IMG/VR virus record: IMGVR_UViG_3300037247_001602
Span: 1 to 64,000 of that record
Length of the DNA: 64,000 nt
Origin: a virus
Reading direction: 5' to 3' (one strand)
Shown: one piece after another, positions 27,192-37,758 of the stretch
Layout: each line of letters opens with the position of its first letter
How positions within the stretch are numbered: the stretch's first letter is position 1
The notes under the pieces: model-generated
The model's input: the letters and a program-made list of their open reading frames with translations, nothing else
What the model was told of the DNA's origin: nothing
The model's database searches: none
Made by a program: the position numbers and the translations under genes

Positions 27192-28397
27192 TTATCTTTT
27201 CGCCGCCGCCTCCCTCGCCATCTTGAGGAAAGGCGTTGGATCGACGCCGAGATGCTCCGTCACGATCTCCGCCTGCATGAGCGTGACCTTATTGAGCATC
27301 TCTTCGTACTGAGCCGTGGGTTTCCCTCTTTCCTTGACTTGTTTGATGAGGTTTTTCATTGTGTCCTGCATCTGTTTCAATTTCGCGTTTGCTTCGACGG
27401 CTCTTTGGGCGCGTTCCGTGCCATCTTTGTGCTTGTAGACAGCATCGCGCTCCTCTTGGGCCATTTCGAAGTGTGAGATGATCTGTTGTTTGATCGGATT
27501 GACGCTCTGGAGGACCGCATCCCGAACGTCCTTCATTTCTTTCCCTGGCGTGCTCCACATGCAGTGCTGGAGAATTTCCAGGTCTTCTTCTTGGACCTCA
27601 TCTCGTCCGTTTATCCAGGCTTCCGCTCTGACGATCCCGAAAGCCTGTTTCCATCTGCGGTTCGAGTGCTCGATCCCGACTTCTTTGAGTTCTCGGCGTA
27701 GCTCGATGAGCTTATTGATAATTGAATCGTCGGTTTGGACACTCAGGACGGATTTCTGGGCTTCCATCAGTTCGTCCAGCGTGACGACGGTTTTGTTGGG
27801 ACTGTATTCGAAAGTGAGCAGAGTCGCGAAATTGCTCGGCTCTCGGATATTGTTCACGAGATACCGAAGCATAATCCTGTCATAGAATGCCCTGGTCTCA
27901 TCCTCCGGCGTTTCATTCGAGGCGCCAACGATCGTCTGCGTGACGGCCTTGTATCGCCGGCCATTCATCATGTATGAGCGCTCCAGGGCAATGTCAAGGA
28001 GCTTGTTCAGGGTTGTGCTGTTGGATTTGAAGATCTCATCGAGGAATGCGATATGGCTTTCCGGAAGCATCCCATCGGGATTTTTCTCGAAGATGATATG
28101 TTTGGTGCCGTCCTCGTCTACGGATTCTCTGATGACGCGATCGCTGACGAGGATCTCATCCGGCGACAGGTCGCGGGCCATCAATTTGTGGAAAAATCGG
28201 GCGCCCTTGATTCTGTTGCAGATTTCTTCCGAGATCATCGACTTGCCGGTTCCCGGAGGGCCGAGAAGAACGACGTGGTTCTGCGTGAGCAGCGCCAAGA
28301 CAATCCCGTGAGAGGGTTCTGGATTTTCAAGAAGTTCGCACTCTTCCTCGATACGTTGGAATTTCTCGTGCAATTCTAAGGTTGCCGCTTCAGTCAT
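27192..28397 (-). CDS. MoxR-family AAA+ ATPase (RavA-like)
   Basis: GPPGTGKS, FLDEIFK, GASNE, AFYDR. Confidence 0.88.
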   Translation of the reverse strand: MTEAATLELHEKFQRIEEECELLENPEPSHGIVLALLTQNHVVLLGPPGTGKSMISEEICNRIKGARFFHKLMARDLSPDEILVSDRVIRESVDEDGTKHIIFEKNPDGMLPESHIAFLDEIFKSNSTTLNKLLDIALERSYMMNGRRYKAVTQTIVGASNETPEDETRAFYDRIMLRYLVNNIREPSNFATLLTFEYSPNKTVVTLDELMEAQKSVLSVQTDDSIINKLIELRRELKEVGIEHSNRRWKQAFGIVRAEAWINGRDEVQEEDLEILQHCMWSTPGKEMKDVRDAVLQSVNPIKQQIISHFEMAQEERDAVYKHKDGTERAQRAVEANAKLKQMQDTMKNLIKQVKERGKPTAQYEEMLNKVTLMQAEIVTEHLGVDPTPFLKMAREAAAKR

Positions 28398-28632
28398 CGT
28401 GCTCTCCTGGATTGCTTTTGCTTTCGTCTATGATTGACTCGGGTCCTGAGGCCCCACATTCCATGCAGTCTGTGACTTCTTGAATTTCGAGTTCGGAATC
28501 TTGTATCATTTGATCCAGGTCCACTGTAATGAGATTTCCAGATCCGTCTACAATAATTTCGACTTGTGCAGTCGCAAGAGCTTTGAATCTGGATATATTT
28601 CCGCACACCAGACACTTATACCGACTTTCCAT
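28390..28632 (-). CDS. Small Zn-ribbon protein (MESRYKC...)
   Basis: CLVC..CMEC. Confidence 0.55.
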   Translation of the reverse strand: MESRYKCLVCGNISRFKALATAQVEIIVDGSGNLITVDLDQMIQDSELEIQEVTDCMECGASGPESIIDESKSNPGEHDD

Positions 28633-28651
28633 ATCGTTTGGCCTCGCGCTC

Positions 28652-29617
28652 TTACACCTCTTCGATAACTGTGCGGACGCGCACCTGCGGCCCCAGTTTG
28701 TAGATTGCAACCTCCTCATTGGCTTCGGTAGCGATGGCACCAATATCTTCGGAGAAATCTTCGGTTCCATCTTCGATGATATGGCATTTATCACCGGCAA
28801 CGATGATGAGCCTGCCAGTATCCTGGAATTTCTTGCCGGCCTTTTTCTTAGATTTCTTGCTGGTTTTCTTCGAAGTGGCTTTTGCGGTCTTTTTCTTGGG
28901 CTTCTTGTCAGGTTCCGTAGGAAGTTCGCCTTCCCAATCGGGATGCTTTCTCCCCACATGAATTTTCAATCCCCGAAGTGAATTTCCCCCGCCGTCGCAA
29001 CCCTTAACGGGGCACTTATAATCATATCCCTCGTCATTGCTCGCCGTCACGTCAGTTCCCTCCTGTTGAGTTTCTGTGTTGGCCTCAGGTGATTCCTCGG
29101 GCTCGGGATCGTCTTCAGGCTCGTCCTCCGGCTCCTCAGGCTCTTCAGCAGGAGATTTATCATCATCCGGTGGAGTATCGGCCTCACTGTATGCCTCGTC
29201 GGCATAAGGGCCTGGCTCAATCTCTGTCTCCGGAGAAGGATCATCGTCTGGATCTGGTTGGGTCAGTTCTAATTCGTCGGCATCTACCACGCCGCCACCG
29301 CCATGAGTATCGGGATCATAGTCGTCTTCGTGAGAAAGACGTGGCTCCGTGACTGGGGCCAAAAAGAAATCCCGACGTTCCTGCCAGGCGCTTTCGAGAT
29401 GTGGCTTCCCTCGAAGAGCTTTCGGCGCAACTGCATCTAAATGTTCGATTGGCACTGTCTTGATCTTTGGGCACCAGTTTACGATCTTTGGCTCGCACGT
29501 TGAGAGACACGCAGCGACTGGCCTTGCAAAATCGCAATAAGGACAGTCGATCATTATGTCCCCGCTCTTGCCTGTCTTCATCACAGAAGTCTCAGGCAAT
29601 CCAGTAATTTCGCCCAT
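28652..29617 (-). CDS. Cys-rich, acidic, C2H2 zinc-finger protein with Lys-rich tail
   Basis: CPYC..C..C; CPVKGC..LKIHVGRKH; poly-K segment. Confidence 0.6.
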   Translation of the reverse strand: MGEITGLPETSVMKTGKSGDIMIDCPYCDFARPVAACLSTCEPKIVNWCPKIKTVPIEHLDAVAPKALRGKPHLESAWQERRDFFLAPVTEPRLSHEDDYDPDTHGGGGVVDADELELTQPDPDDDPSPETEIEPGPYADEAYSEADTPPDDDKSPAEEPEEPEDEPEDDPEPEESPEANTETQQEGTDVTASNDEGYDYKCPVKGCDGGGNSLRGLKIHVGRKHPDWEGELPTEPDKKPKKKTAKATSKKTSKKSKKKAGKKFQDTGRLIIVAGDKCHIIEDGTEDFSEDIGAIATEANEEVAIYKLGPQVRVRTVIEEV

Positions 29618-29673
29618 CCAGTCTTCCTCCTTCGCGTAAGAGGTGTAAGTACAGTAAGCCCCAGTATAGATTC

Positions 29674-29730
29674 TTATACCAATATTTTCAATGGAATTTT
29701 CATTGACAGATTCCTCTGACTTTCTAGAAT
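29674..29730. promoter_or_regulatory. Divergent promoters: GGTATAAG (-) and TTGACA-16-TAGAAT (+)
   Basis: At the strand switch between gene blocks. Confidence 0.6.
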
Positions 29731-29789
29731 GTCTCCTAAGTGATTAGACTAACTATACTTACTACGAAGCGTAAGAATAGTAAACTCTC

Positions 29790-30881
29790 ATGGGAGGTAA
29801 GCCGATGAGCTTCATGCAAGGGATTATCGACGCGCAGGACGACATTGCCGCTGGAGCGCCGATGGCTCGTGAGGATACTGGCTACCTCCGAAATCTTGAA
29901 GTGAATATGGAGCCAGACAAGCTCCCAGATTCCGCGTTCGCGTTGAATCTGATCACGAAGACGGGGAGTGTGATCCGGAAATATCCGATTCTCACCCCCG
30001 ATGATACCGCCCTCTCAGTCTGGTATTTTACCAAAGTCGCCCAGGAACGTCTACCGGAGAAAGTCCGTAGAATCGCCGCTACATTTCTCAAGGCCGCATG
30101 TGAGGCCCATGGAGTCAGTCCTACGGGGATGATTCATCGGTGGGCAGATCCAGCAATTAAAGACAATTCTGTTGTCTTGGGCGAGACAGACACGGGGATT
30201 CCAACTCCTCATGTGAAGCTGGCGAATGACGACTATGCTCTTATAACAGATTCCGGCGAGAAGAAATACCCCATCAATACGCCGATTCTGGTGAAGACGG
30301 CTGCCAGGTATTTCAGGGAGAATTGGAAACAGATCACACCTGCTTGGCGCCATCAGATGGCCGACAATATAACAAAGAAGGCCGGCGCTCTCAGCGTAGA
30401 AATTCCTGTTGAGGACGCCCAAGTTCTGGAGAAATATGCTTCGGGAAGATATTCCAATGTTCTGCATGTGGCCATCAATGAGCGCAAAAACGCCTTGCAA
30501 CATGATGATATGGCCGTGCAGATTCTCGATGCGCTCTTCGAGAAGCGTGCCCGCATGGAGCCCGCAAAATTCGCTCAGTCCTTGGAAACATTCGATCAGA
30601 TGTACGGCCTAAGCGATTACTGGGACTCCACGATCATTGATCCCTACCAGAGCACGTTCGGCGGAATCAAGGTAGAGAAGCCCATCTACGTGGCCGGCAG
30701 AGCCGTCTATCGCGATAAGATCGCTGCTCTGGCCACCGACGAGAAAGTTCTAAAGCACCACTTCAATTCCGATTTTGTCGAGCAATTCCGTAAGGCCCCG
30801 ATCGAGGTATTCCAGAAGTTGGCCACGCCCGATCAGGAACTCATGCTCGTTCTGATCGACGAGAAGGAAAATCGTAGGTGA
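29790..30881 (+). CDS. Head-region protein with duplicated KYPI domain
   Basis: Two repeats (FAL..KYPI.TP..YF; YAL..KYPINTP..YF). Confidence 0.55.
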   Translation: MGGKPMSFMQGIIDAQDDIAAGAPMAREDTGYLRNLEVNMEPDKLPDSAFALNLITKTGSVIRKYPILTPDDTALSVWYFTKVAQERLPEKVRRIAATFLKAACEAHGVSPTGMIHRWADPAIKDNSVVLGETDTGIPTPHVKLANDDYALITDSGEKKYPINTPILVKTAARYFRENWKQITPAWRHQMADNITKKAGALSVEIPVEDAQVLEKYASGRYSNVLHVAINERKNALQHDDMAVQILDALFEKRARMEPAKFAQSLETFDQMYGLSDYWDSTIIDPYQSTFGGIKVEKPIYVAGRAVYRDKIAALATDEKVLKHHFNSDFVEQFRKAPIEVFQKLATPDQELMLVLIDEKENRR

Positions 30882-31159
30882 CCGTGATCGAGAAGATCGC
30901 GTATGTGGGCGGCAAGGGCCCCAAATTCAAGGTCTTGAGGGATGGCCGCGTAAATCTCGATCCGGAAGAACGCGCCTTGGTGATGAAGCGCAAGGCTGTC
31001 TGGCACATGAACGGTGGAGGTCCAAGCTCAGCGGTATTCAAGTCGAATGTGAAGGGGAAAACCTGGTACACGACTCACACGCACAGAGCCTATAATGTGA
31101 CCCCCACGCTGAAGGGAACGATCAACCGCTTCCATAAATTCATAAAGGGCACATCATGA
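30878..31159 (+). CDS. Small basic protein with N-terminal IEKIA
   Basis: MTVIEKIA; GTGA overlap. Confidence 0.6.
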   Translation: MTVIEKIAYVGGKGPKFKVLRDGRVNLDPEERALVMKRKAVWHMNGGGPSSAVFKSNVKGKTWYTTHTHRAYNVTPTLKGTINRFHKFIKGTS

Positions 31160-31362
31160 AGATGATCGAGAAGATCGCTCGCGAGATGCCGAGCTTCACT
31201 AAGCAAAAGCGACCTGCCAAAGTGAAAGAGATCTACCGTGCGCTCAAGCGGGAGCACCCCGAGATGCCAGCAGCCATGAAAGCTCGCATCGCCGGTCGCC
31301 AGGGCAAAGTCGGAAAACAAGAAGTTGGACCTCCGTACACGGCTCCACTAAGTGGAAAATGA
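31156..31362 (+). CDS. Small basic protein with N-terminal IEKIA
   Basis: MKMIEKIA; ATGA overlap. Confidence 0.6.
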   Translation: MKMIEKIAREMPSFTKQKRPAKVKEIYRALKREHPEMPAAMKARIAGRQGKVGKQEVGPPYTAPLSGK

Positions 31363-31368
31363 CGACCA

Positions 31369-32085
31369 ATGAGAGCCGAACTGGTGATAGAGCCGCTAGA
31401 CACCACTGGACGGATTAAATCTGCCGACGAATGTTTCATCGAAGCATTCCATAGTCCCGGTGCGAACGGATCTGTCAGAAAACTAGCCGCAGTCCAAAAG
31501 CCAGATTCGTGGGAAGCGGGTAGGCCTCCGGGATGGTACTCCCAGACTCTCATCAAGAAATACGATCGGCTCTGGTTCGAATGGGAGCCAGAAACTCTCT
31601 GGTCCACGATCGAGAAAGATTTCAATACCGCAGTTTCCGAACTGACGCGGAACAAGATCAACGCCGCGAAGCTCATTTACCTGACGGATGCATTCTGGAA
31701 GGAGTGGCATGTCTTCGAGAAAGTAGTTCAGGCCTTCACTGATCACATTCCCGACTTCTTCTCCGTAGAGCCTCCCAGCCCGGCAGAGGTCGCATGGGGC
31801 GTTTACGAAGTCAACCGGATGCGACCCAATATCACATTCTCCGAGGAAGTCGCAAGTTACGTTCAGGGGATCTGCAAGGAGGCAGGACTCGTTCTCTTTC
31901 CCGAAGAACTGGAATTCGCACAGCCGAAGCCGTTGGGAACGCTTGCGGCTGACGTGAGGGCCGGATGGCAGATGATCAAAGAGTTGAAAGAGATTGAAAT
32001 CGTAGAGAATGAGATCGGCGTGAATCTTGTAAGATTACAGGCCATCCGTGCTTACGTGGAGGAGCAGTTCAGTGAGCATGAATGA
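31369..32085 (+). CDS. Hypothetical protein
   Basis: 238 aa ORF in head operon. Confidence 0.6.
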   Translation: MRAELVIEPLDTTGRIKSADECFIEAFHSPGANGSVRKLAAVQKPDSWEAGRPPGWYSQTLIKKYDRLWFEWEPETLWSTIEKDFNTAVSELTRNKINAAKLIYLTDAFWKEWHVFEKVVQAFTDHIPDFFSVEPPSPAEVAWGVYEVNRMRPNITFSEEVASYVQGICKEAGLVLFPEELEFAQPKPLGTLAADVRAGWQMIKELKEIEIVENEIGVNLVRLQAIRAYVEEQFSEHE

Positions 32086-32359
32086 CCAGATAATCTCTGG
32101 ATTCATCGACGAGATCGAGAAAGTCGCCCGCCTCACGGGAAAAGATATTGCTCGTGGAGCTGCTCTCGGAGCCTTGACTGGCATAACAGTAGGAACAGTC
32201 AAGGGTTATACAGAGAAGAAACTTGAAAAGAAACTTAAGAAAAAGTACGGGAAAAAGAGTGAGGTTCCTTGGGCAGCAGCCAGAGGCGTCACAAGCGCAG
32301 GAGCGGGTGCTCTTTATGCCTTGGCGCCACTGATTGCACTTGCTAAGATGAAGAAATAG
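32078..32359 (+). CDS. Small protein with IEKVA and glycine-zipper-like helices
   Basis: MNDQIISGFIDEIEKVA; GAALGALTG. Confidence 0.55.
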   Translation: MNDQIISGFIDEIEKVARLTGKDIARGAALGALTGITVGTVKGYTEKKLEKKLKKKYGKKSEVPWAAARGVTSAGAGALYALAPLIALAKMKK

Positions 32360-32361
32360 CT

Positions 32362-34344
32362 ATGGCTGATCAAAGCCAATTCAATCTCGTCCGGCGTCGG
32401 GGTAATTTCAATTACCCTAGCCCGTACTTCGATATTTCCTCTACGTATGTTCCGCCGTCAGTCAAGGAACTGTTCAAGTGGTGCCGCTTCTTCTTTTACT
32501 CCCATTCGATCATTAGTCCGATTATCTACAAGATTTCGGAATATCCAATCACAGGACTGATCTATCAGAGCGTCGAATCTGATCAACCCCTACCTGAGCA
32601 GGCTAAGAGCAAATGGAAGACGCTGCTTGAGAGCACTCTTAAACTGAAGTCCAGACAGATCGAGATTCTTCTCGATTATAATACCTACGGCAACGCATTC
32701 CTTTCGATCTTGTATCCGTTCAAACGCTATCTTGTCTGCGAGAAATGCGATACCAGATCAGCCATTGAGAAGACCTCCTATAAGTGGAAAGACCTGAAGT
32801 TCTACGGAGAATGTCAGAAGTGCAACCAACAAGTCGAATTCCAGATCAACGACGTAGAAGTCAAGAATAGATCGCAATGCCGTCTTATTCGCTGGAATCC
32901 GTTCAATATAAGTATCGATCACTGTGGACCCACGGATGAACGAGTCTATGTATACAAAATCCCGTCCAAGGACAAGAAGTCCATTATTGCCGGGAAGAAA
33001 TTTTGGATTGAACGCGCTCCATATGTCTTCATTGAAGCTGCGCGAAAGAACCAGGATATCGAACTAGATCCGAACAATCTATTCCACTTCAAGCGTCCTT
33101 CGATCGCCGATAATGATATGGGATGGGGAATGCCGATCGTTCTCCCTGTCCTGAAGGACGCCTATTGGCTTCAGATTCTACGTAAGGCGAACGAGGCGAT
33201 CAGCCTGGAGCATATTGTCCCGTGGAGAATTATCTTTCCTGCGGCCAACGCAGATGCATCGCCTTATGTCAATCTGAACCTGAATTCTTGGAAGAATCAG
33301 ATCGAGAAGGAGGTCAGGCGTTGGCGCCAGGACCCGAACCATATCTCGGTCATGCCGCTCCCGATCGGGAATATCAGCTTCGGTGGGGATGCCAAGCTGC
33401 TTCTGGTTTGGCAGGAAGAGAAACTTATGCAAGGCCAAATCGCAGGTGGCCTTGGAGTTCCTCTCGAATTGGTATTCGGCGGACTCACGTGGTCTGGATC
33501 ATCGGTATCACTACGAGTGCTAGAGAATCATTTTCTCACAGATAGGGAATTGCTCGATGAATTCGTCAACGAATTCCTGATCCCGCGCCTGACGCGATAT
33601 TTCCGGCTGCCGAAACTCAAAGTCAAGATGATTGAGTTCAAGATGGCCGATGATGTTCAGCAGAAACAGTTGGCCATGCAACTCAATCAGGCAGGGAAAC
33701 TATCAGATACAACTCTTCTTGGCCAGTCGGGGTTCGACTTCGATGATGAAGTAAAACTCAGAAGGGCCGAGCAAATTCAGCTTATTGAGATGCAGAGAAA
33801 AGCCCTGATGCAACAGGCCGAACTTCAAGGAATGACACAGGTTGTCGGAGCCAAATACCAAGCTGTTGCTCAACTCGAAATGTCACGAGCGCAAAATGTG
33901 GCGAATCAGGAGGCCATGGAGGGGCAGTATGAATTCCAGAAAGGCGTCCAACAGGAACAGCAACAGCAGGCCACGCAGCAGATAGCCATCGATCAGGCGC
34001 AAGGGCAGCAGGGCCAGGGGAAAGGCCAACAGTCGGCAGTTCCCATGGCACAAGGTGGTGTCGTCTCAGGACAAAAGCCAGGACAAAAGCCAGGGCAGAA
34101 ATCAGATCAGAAGCCGGGCCAGATGCCGACGGTAAATACCATGGATATGGTTCGCTCCTGGGCACAGGGATTGATGTCACTACCAGAGGAACAGCGTGAG
34201 ATGGCGCTCGGTTCCTATGAGCAAGAACACCCTGAGACAGTCGCGCTGATCCGTCAATTCATGAAGGAGATGTTGAAGCAGACGGCAGACATGAGACCAA
34301 ACCCAGAAGTAAAACCTCCAAGAAGAAAGAACACAACAGTCTAG
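32362..34344 (+). CDS. Portal protein (putative)
   Basis: DYNTYGNAF, LFHFKR..GWGMPIV..LRKANEAI, GLGVPLELV; Q-rich C-terminal tail. Confidence 0.65.
   Translation: MADQSQFNLVRRRGNFNYPSPYFDISSTYVPPSVKELFKWCRFFFYSHSIISPIIYKISEYPITGLIYQSVESDQPLPEQAKSKWKTLLESTLKLKSRQIEILLDYNTYGNAFLSILYPFKRYLVCEKCDTRSAIEKTSYKWKDLKFYGECQKCNQQVEFQINDVEVKNRSQCRLIRWNPFNISIDHCGPTDERVYVYKIPSKDKKSIIAGKKFWIERAPYVFIEAARKNQDIELDPNNLFHFKRPSIADNDMGWGMPIVLPVLKDAYWLQILRKANEAISLEHIVPWRIIFPAANADASPYVNLNLNSWKNQIEKEVRRWRQDPNHISVMPLPIGNISFGGDAKLLLVWQEEKLMQGQIAGGLGVPLELVFGGLTWSGSSVSLRVLENHFLTDRELLDEFVNEFLIPRLTRYFRLPKLKVKMIEFKMADDVQQKQLAMQLNQAGKLSDTTLLGQSGFDFDDEVKLRRAEQIQLIEMQRKALMQQAELQGMTQVVGAKYQAVAQLEMSRAQNVANQEAMEGQYEFQKGVQQEQQQQATQQIAIDQAQGQQGQGKGQQSAVPMAQGGVVSGQKPGQKPGQKSDQKPGQMPTVNTMDMVRSWAQGLMSLPEEQREMALGSYEQEHPETVALIRQFMKEMLKQTADMRPNPEVKPPRRKNTTV
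34069..34116 (+). repeat. 12-nt coding repeat (GQKP-like x4) in portal tail
   Basis: GGACAAAAGCCA twice plus two degenerate copies. Confidence 0.7.
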
Positions 34345-34353
34345 GGGCAGAAA

Positions 34354-36654
34354 ATGGCACTACATACAATCCCGACAAAGCAACTCGCTCCAGAAGTTCT
34401 GGAGGAGGGAGAAGATGCGGGCGGTCTCGGCTCGGGAGCTGCAACTGTTGGACAACTTCTTGAGGCGGACGGAGCAGGCGGCACCTCTTTCGAGGATATT
34501 GTAGATCACAAGGCTCGTCACGCTTCCGGCGGAGCGGATGCCTTCCTCGCGACGGACCTTCTTGAGGGGGTTGTCAAGCGGATTCAGACGACGACCGGAC
34601 CGACGATACTTGAGGTGGGTGCTATCGCCCTAGATGAGACGCTGGTCCGTGGACCTGGAAATACGATTGTCGGCAGCCCGCGTATAGCAGAGAACCTCTT
34701 TCTCAAAGCTCGCAACGAGACGGTCTCGATCATACCGAAAGATAAACTCGTTACCCCTATTGGTTTTGACGTAGGAACAGGCCGGATATTGGTTGATCTG
34801 GCCGACAAAGATGATTCTGGGAAACGTCCGGCAGTGGGCATCACGACTGAGCCCATTGCCGCCAGCGGCGGCGAAACCGATCTCCTTCTCTCGGTGGGGA
34901 CTGCCGTTGGCTTAAACACGTCGGCCTTTTCTGTGAACGATCAGTTGGTCTTGGGCAATGCTGGCGCGCTTTCTCGACCGCCGCCTGAAGTGGACCCCTT
35001 CACGGGAGAAATCCAGCTTATCGGGCAGGTGACACGTGTTGACGGATCAGACGGCCAAGTATTTGTCACTCTTTCTGCCGGACTATTGCCCACCACGGCT
35101 GCGCAGTTTTTTGCGACCAAGGAAATCACGCCGACCGGTGCTGTGACCGGTGGCGATGTCACGAGGGCATCGCCGCCGAGTCTAAACGTGGCCGTCGCTG
35201 CCGGGGAAGGTTTTGTCAACGACGATACTATGGCATCCCCCTTCCGTGTTGTATGGAGTTCTGTTTCAAGTCTCGCCCTCACAGCCAGCGATACGAACTT
35301 TATCACTGTCGATAAAGATGGCGTGGTGGCCGCCACCGTCAGCCCGCCCAACGAAGAAGACGTTATCATCCTTGCCGATGCGATCACCGATGGTTCGTCG
35401 GTCATTTTGTTGGCCAGTCACCGAGTCCTTTTGCAGGAGCGGTCGGCAAAAGCCCACGTATACGCGCAAGAGGTCATTGGCAATATAGTAGTCAGTGGGC
35501 TCATTACGACTGAGAATGCCGGCACTGATCTTCGTTTGGATGTTGATCTGGGAACCTTTTATACCCATGATTTCAGGGTCACCGTCCCGGCAACCGCCCC
35601 GATCCTCTTTACGTACTGGCATCGAGATAGCTTCGGCGGTTGGACACAGACGGCTGGTTCTACCCTAATCGATCAGAAGTGGGATGACGACTCAGGCACA
35701 TTGGTTGCCTTGACTGCGGGTGAGTTCAAGAAGGATTTGCTATTCGTCATCTTCACGGCGACGAACACTGTCGAGTACCACGTTTTTCACGGTCAGGAAG
35801 TTTTCTCCTCTCAGTCGGAGGCCGAAGCGGGAGCCATTCCGGCAGCCGATTCGGACGTGATAGACAACGGCGTTCGATCCGGTGGGCTCGTGGTTGAAGG
35901 AGTCGTTGCCGCATCCCTAGCCCTCGTTTCTATCGTCGATCATCGGCCATTCCTCGGACAATTGGCACCGGGTGCCACGGCGGTGACGGACCACGGTCTT
36001 CTGAGCGGATTGGCTGATGACGACCATACTCAGTACCTGCTGACCAGCGGAAGGACGATGACTGGCGATCAGAATATGGGCGGCAACGCCATTACCAACG
36101 TCGGAAACGTCGATGGTGTGGATGTTAGCGCCCACGCAGGTCGTCACGAAAATGCCGGCGCGGACGAAATTAATGTGGGCGGCTTGTCAGGTGCCCTGGC
36201 CGACGATCAACCGGCCCAGGCCCATACCTTGGGTGGCGCCAAACACACTGCTGACACAATAGCAAATGTCGATGCGAAGGTGTCTGATGCGACACTCGTT
36301 GCTGAAATCGAAAACACAACTACAACTACCACCGGAACGCCGTTCAATATCGCGACCATCGCCATCCCTGATGATACGGTCGTCCTGATCGAAGTTAGGA
36401 TTGTGGCACGACGAACCGATTCAGCCGGGCGAGCCACGTACATTCGCCATGCAGTGGTTTTTCGGGAAGCTGCCGGTGTGGCGACTCTTGAAGGCGCCGT
36501 GGATACACCATTTACCAGGGAATCCACTGGTGATTCAACTTGGGACGCGACGATATTGGTTGACGGCGGCAACAATGCACTTATAGAAGTTACTGGACAG
36601 GGCGCTAAGACAATCAACTGGAAATCTCTCCATCGAACAAGGCAGGTAAGCTAA
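34354..36654 (+). CDS. Virion structural / fibre protein
   Basis: 766 aa G/T/A/D-rich; DHGLLSGLADDDHTQYL and H..RH..GG.D motifs. Confidence 0.55.
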   Translation: MALHTIPTKQLAPEVLEEGEDAGGLGSGAATVGQLLEADGAGGTSFEDIVDHKARHASGGADAFLATDLLEGVVKRIQTTTGPTILEVGAIALDETLVRGPGNTIVGSPRIAENLFLKARNETVSIIPKDKLVTPIGFDVGTGRILVDLADKDDSGKRPAVGITTEPIAASGGETDLLLSVGTAVGLNTSAFSVNDQLVLGNAGALSRPPPEVDPFTGEIQLIGQVTRVDGSDGQVFVTLSAGLLPTTAAQFFATKEITPTGAVTGGDVTRASPPSLNVAVAAGEGFVNDDTMASPFRVVWSSVSSLALTASDTNFITVDKDGVVAATVSPPNEEDVIILADAITDGSSVILLASHRVLLQERSAKAHVYAQEVIGNIVVSGLITTENAGTDLRLDVDLGTFYTHDFRVTVPATAPILFTYWHRDSFGGWTQTAGSTLIDQKWDDDSGTLVALTAGEFKKDLLFVIFTATNTVEYHVFHGQEVFSSQSEAEAGAIPAADSDVIDNGVRSGGLVVEGVVAASLALVSIVDHRPFLGQLAPGATAVTDHGLLSGLADDDHTQYLLTSGRTMTGDQNMGGNAITNVGNVDGVDVSAHAGRHENAGADEINVGGLSGALADDQPAQAHTLGGAKHTADTIANVDAKVSDATLVAEIENTTTTTTGTPFNIATIAIPDDTVVLIEVRIVARRTDSAGRATYIRHAVVFREAAGVATLEGAVDTPFTRESTGDSTWDATILVDGGNNALIEVTGQGAKTINWKSLHRTRQVS

Positions 36655-37460
36655 TGAGTATTACGGGATCTACAGATCAAGGCGATGGGCGCAGAGACGT
36701 AACGGTCGATCATGACCCGCGTTCGACGGCTACTGACGTTCCCGCTGGGTCAGTCATTCTCTACGTCGGATCGCCCAGCGGCGATTTGTGGACGGGGTGT
36801 CAGTTCGTCAAACTGGACGACGGCGCGACGACCAATGTTCATTATGTTGGCGGGCGCCCAACACTGTCCGGTAGTTGGGACCTCACTGCGGGTACACCCG
36901 CCAATAAAAACATCCCTGACGCCAAAAAAATCAAGCGTATCACCCGTGCTCGGTTTTGGATCAGCCAGAGCGGATTCGACGTAGGAACGAACACCGCTAC
37001 TCGTATTATACTCCAATTTTTTAATACTGATGCTTTTACTCATGCCGAACTTGATACGGTTGGCGAAGTGGCACTTATTAAACAATATGCTGAGTTCCAG
37101 TTTGCAAGCCAGGATGTTTTCGTGAACATCAACAATGGTGTTGGTGCCTTCGACATTGATTCTACGGCCTCGTTTGTAGTTGAAGACTTAGTGCGAATCC
37201 ACGATGGTACGAATTGGGAGTTTCAGCGGATCGATGATGTGACGGACGCCGATACGTTGAGCATTTATAACACTATCCTGAGGGCTGACGGAGATCCAGT
37301 GTGGTCTGCTGATGACGATGTTACGCGCGTATTGGAGATCCGAGACCTGGGATGTAATGATGAAGACTACTCTGACGAGATCCATCTGCGCTTACTCCCT
37401 CGCACCGGCGACAACAATTGTCGCCTGCATTATTGGATCGAGTATGAAGGAGCTGCCTAA
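36654..37460 (+). CDS. Hypothetical structural protein
   Basis: TAATG coupling to previous gene. Confidence 0.55.
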   Translation: MSITGSTDQGDGRRDVTVDHDPRSTATDVPAGSVILYVGSPSGDLWTGCQFVKLDDGATTNVHYVGGRPTLSGSWDLTAGTPANKNIPDAKKIKRITRARFWISQSGFDVGTNTATRIILQFFNTDAFTHAELDTVGEVALIKQYAEFQFASQDVFVNINNGVGAFDIDSTASFVVEDLVRIHDGTNWEFQRIDDVTDADTLSIYNTILRADGDPVWSADDDVTRVLEIRDLGCNDEDYSDEIHLRLLPRTGDNNCRLHYWIEYEGAA

Positions 37461-37504
37461 TTTTACCTTGCAAATACTGTGCGGCTGTGTAGTATGAGGC
37501 TGAT

Positions 37505-37756
37505 ATGGCTAGATCCGTTTCTGTTAGGAAAATGTCAGGTGATGTTCGAATCCTGAAGCTCTGCATGGATGCGAAGGAAGATCGCCAGACATACGAGAAG
37601 ATCAGGAACGATACGAACTGTGAGATTATTGATAAGCAGTATTTTTCGACGCCGAAAGGAGTCGTTTGGGCAGTTGTAGAATATCGAGATCAGAAGACCG
37701 AAACCCAGTCGCCGGAACAGGTTTCCGGTGGCGTCTCTAATGAAGAGGAGGAATAA
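37505..37756 (+). CDS. Hypothetical protein
   Basis: GAGG RBS; TTGCAA-16-TAGTAT upstream (37468-37495). Confidence 0.55.
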   Translation: MARSVSVRKMSGDVRILKLCMDAKEDRQTYEKIRNDTNCEIIDKQYFSTPKGVVWAVVEYRDQKTETQSPEQVSGGVSNEEEE

Positions 37757-37758
37757 TC

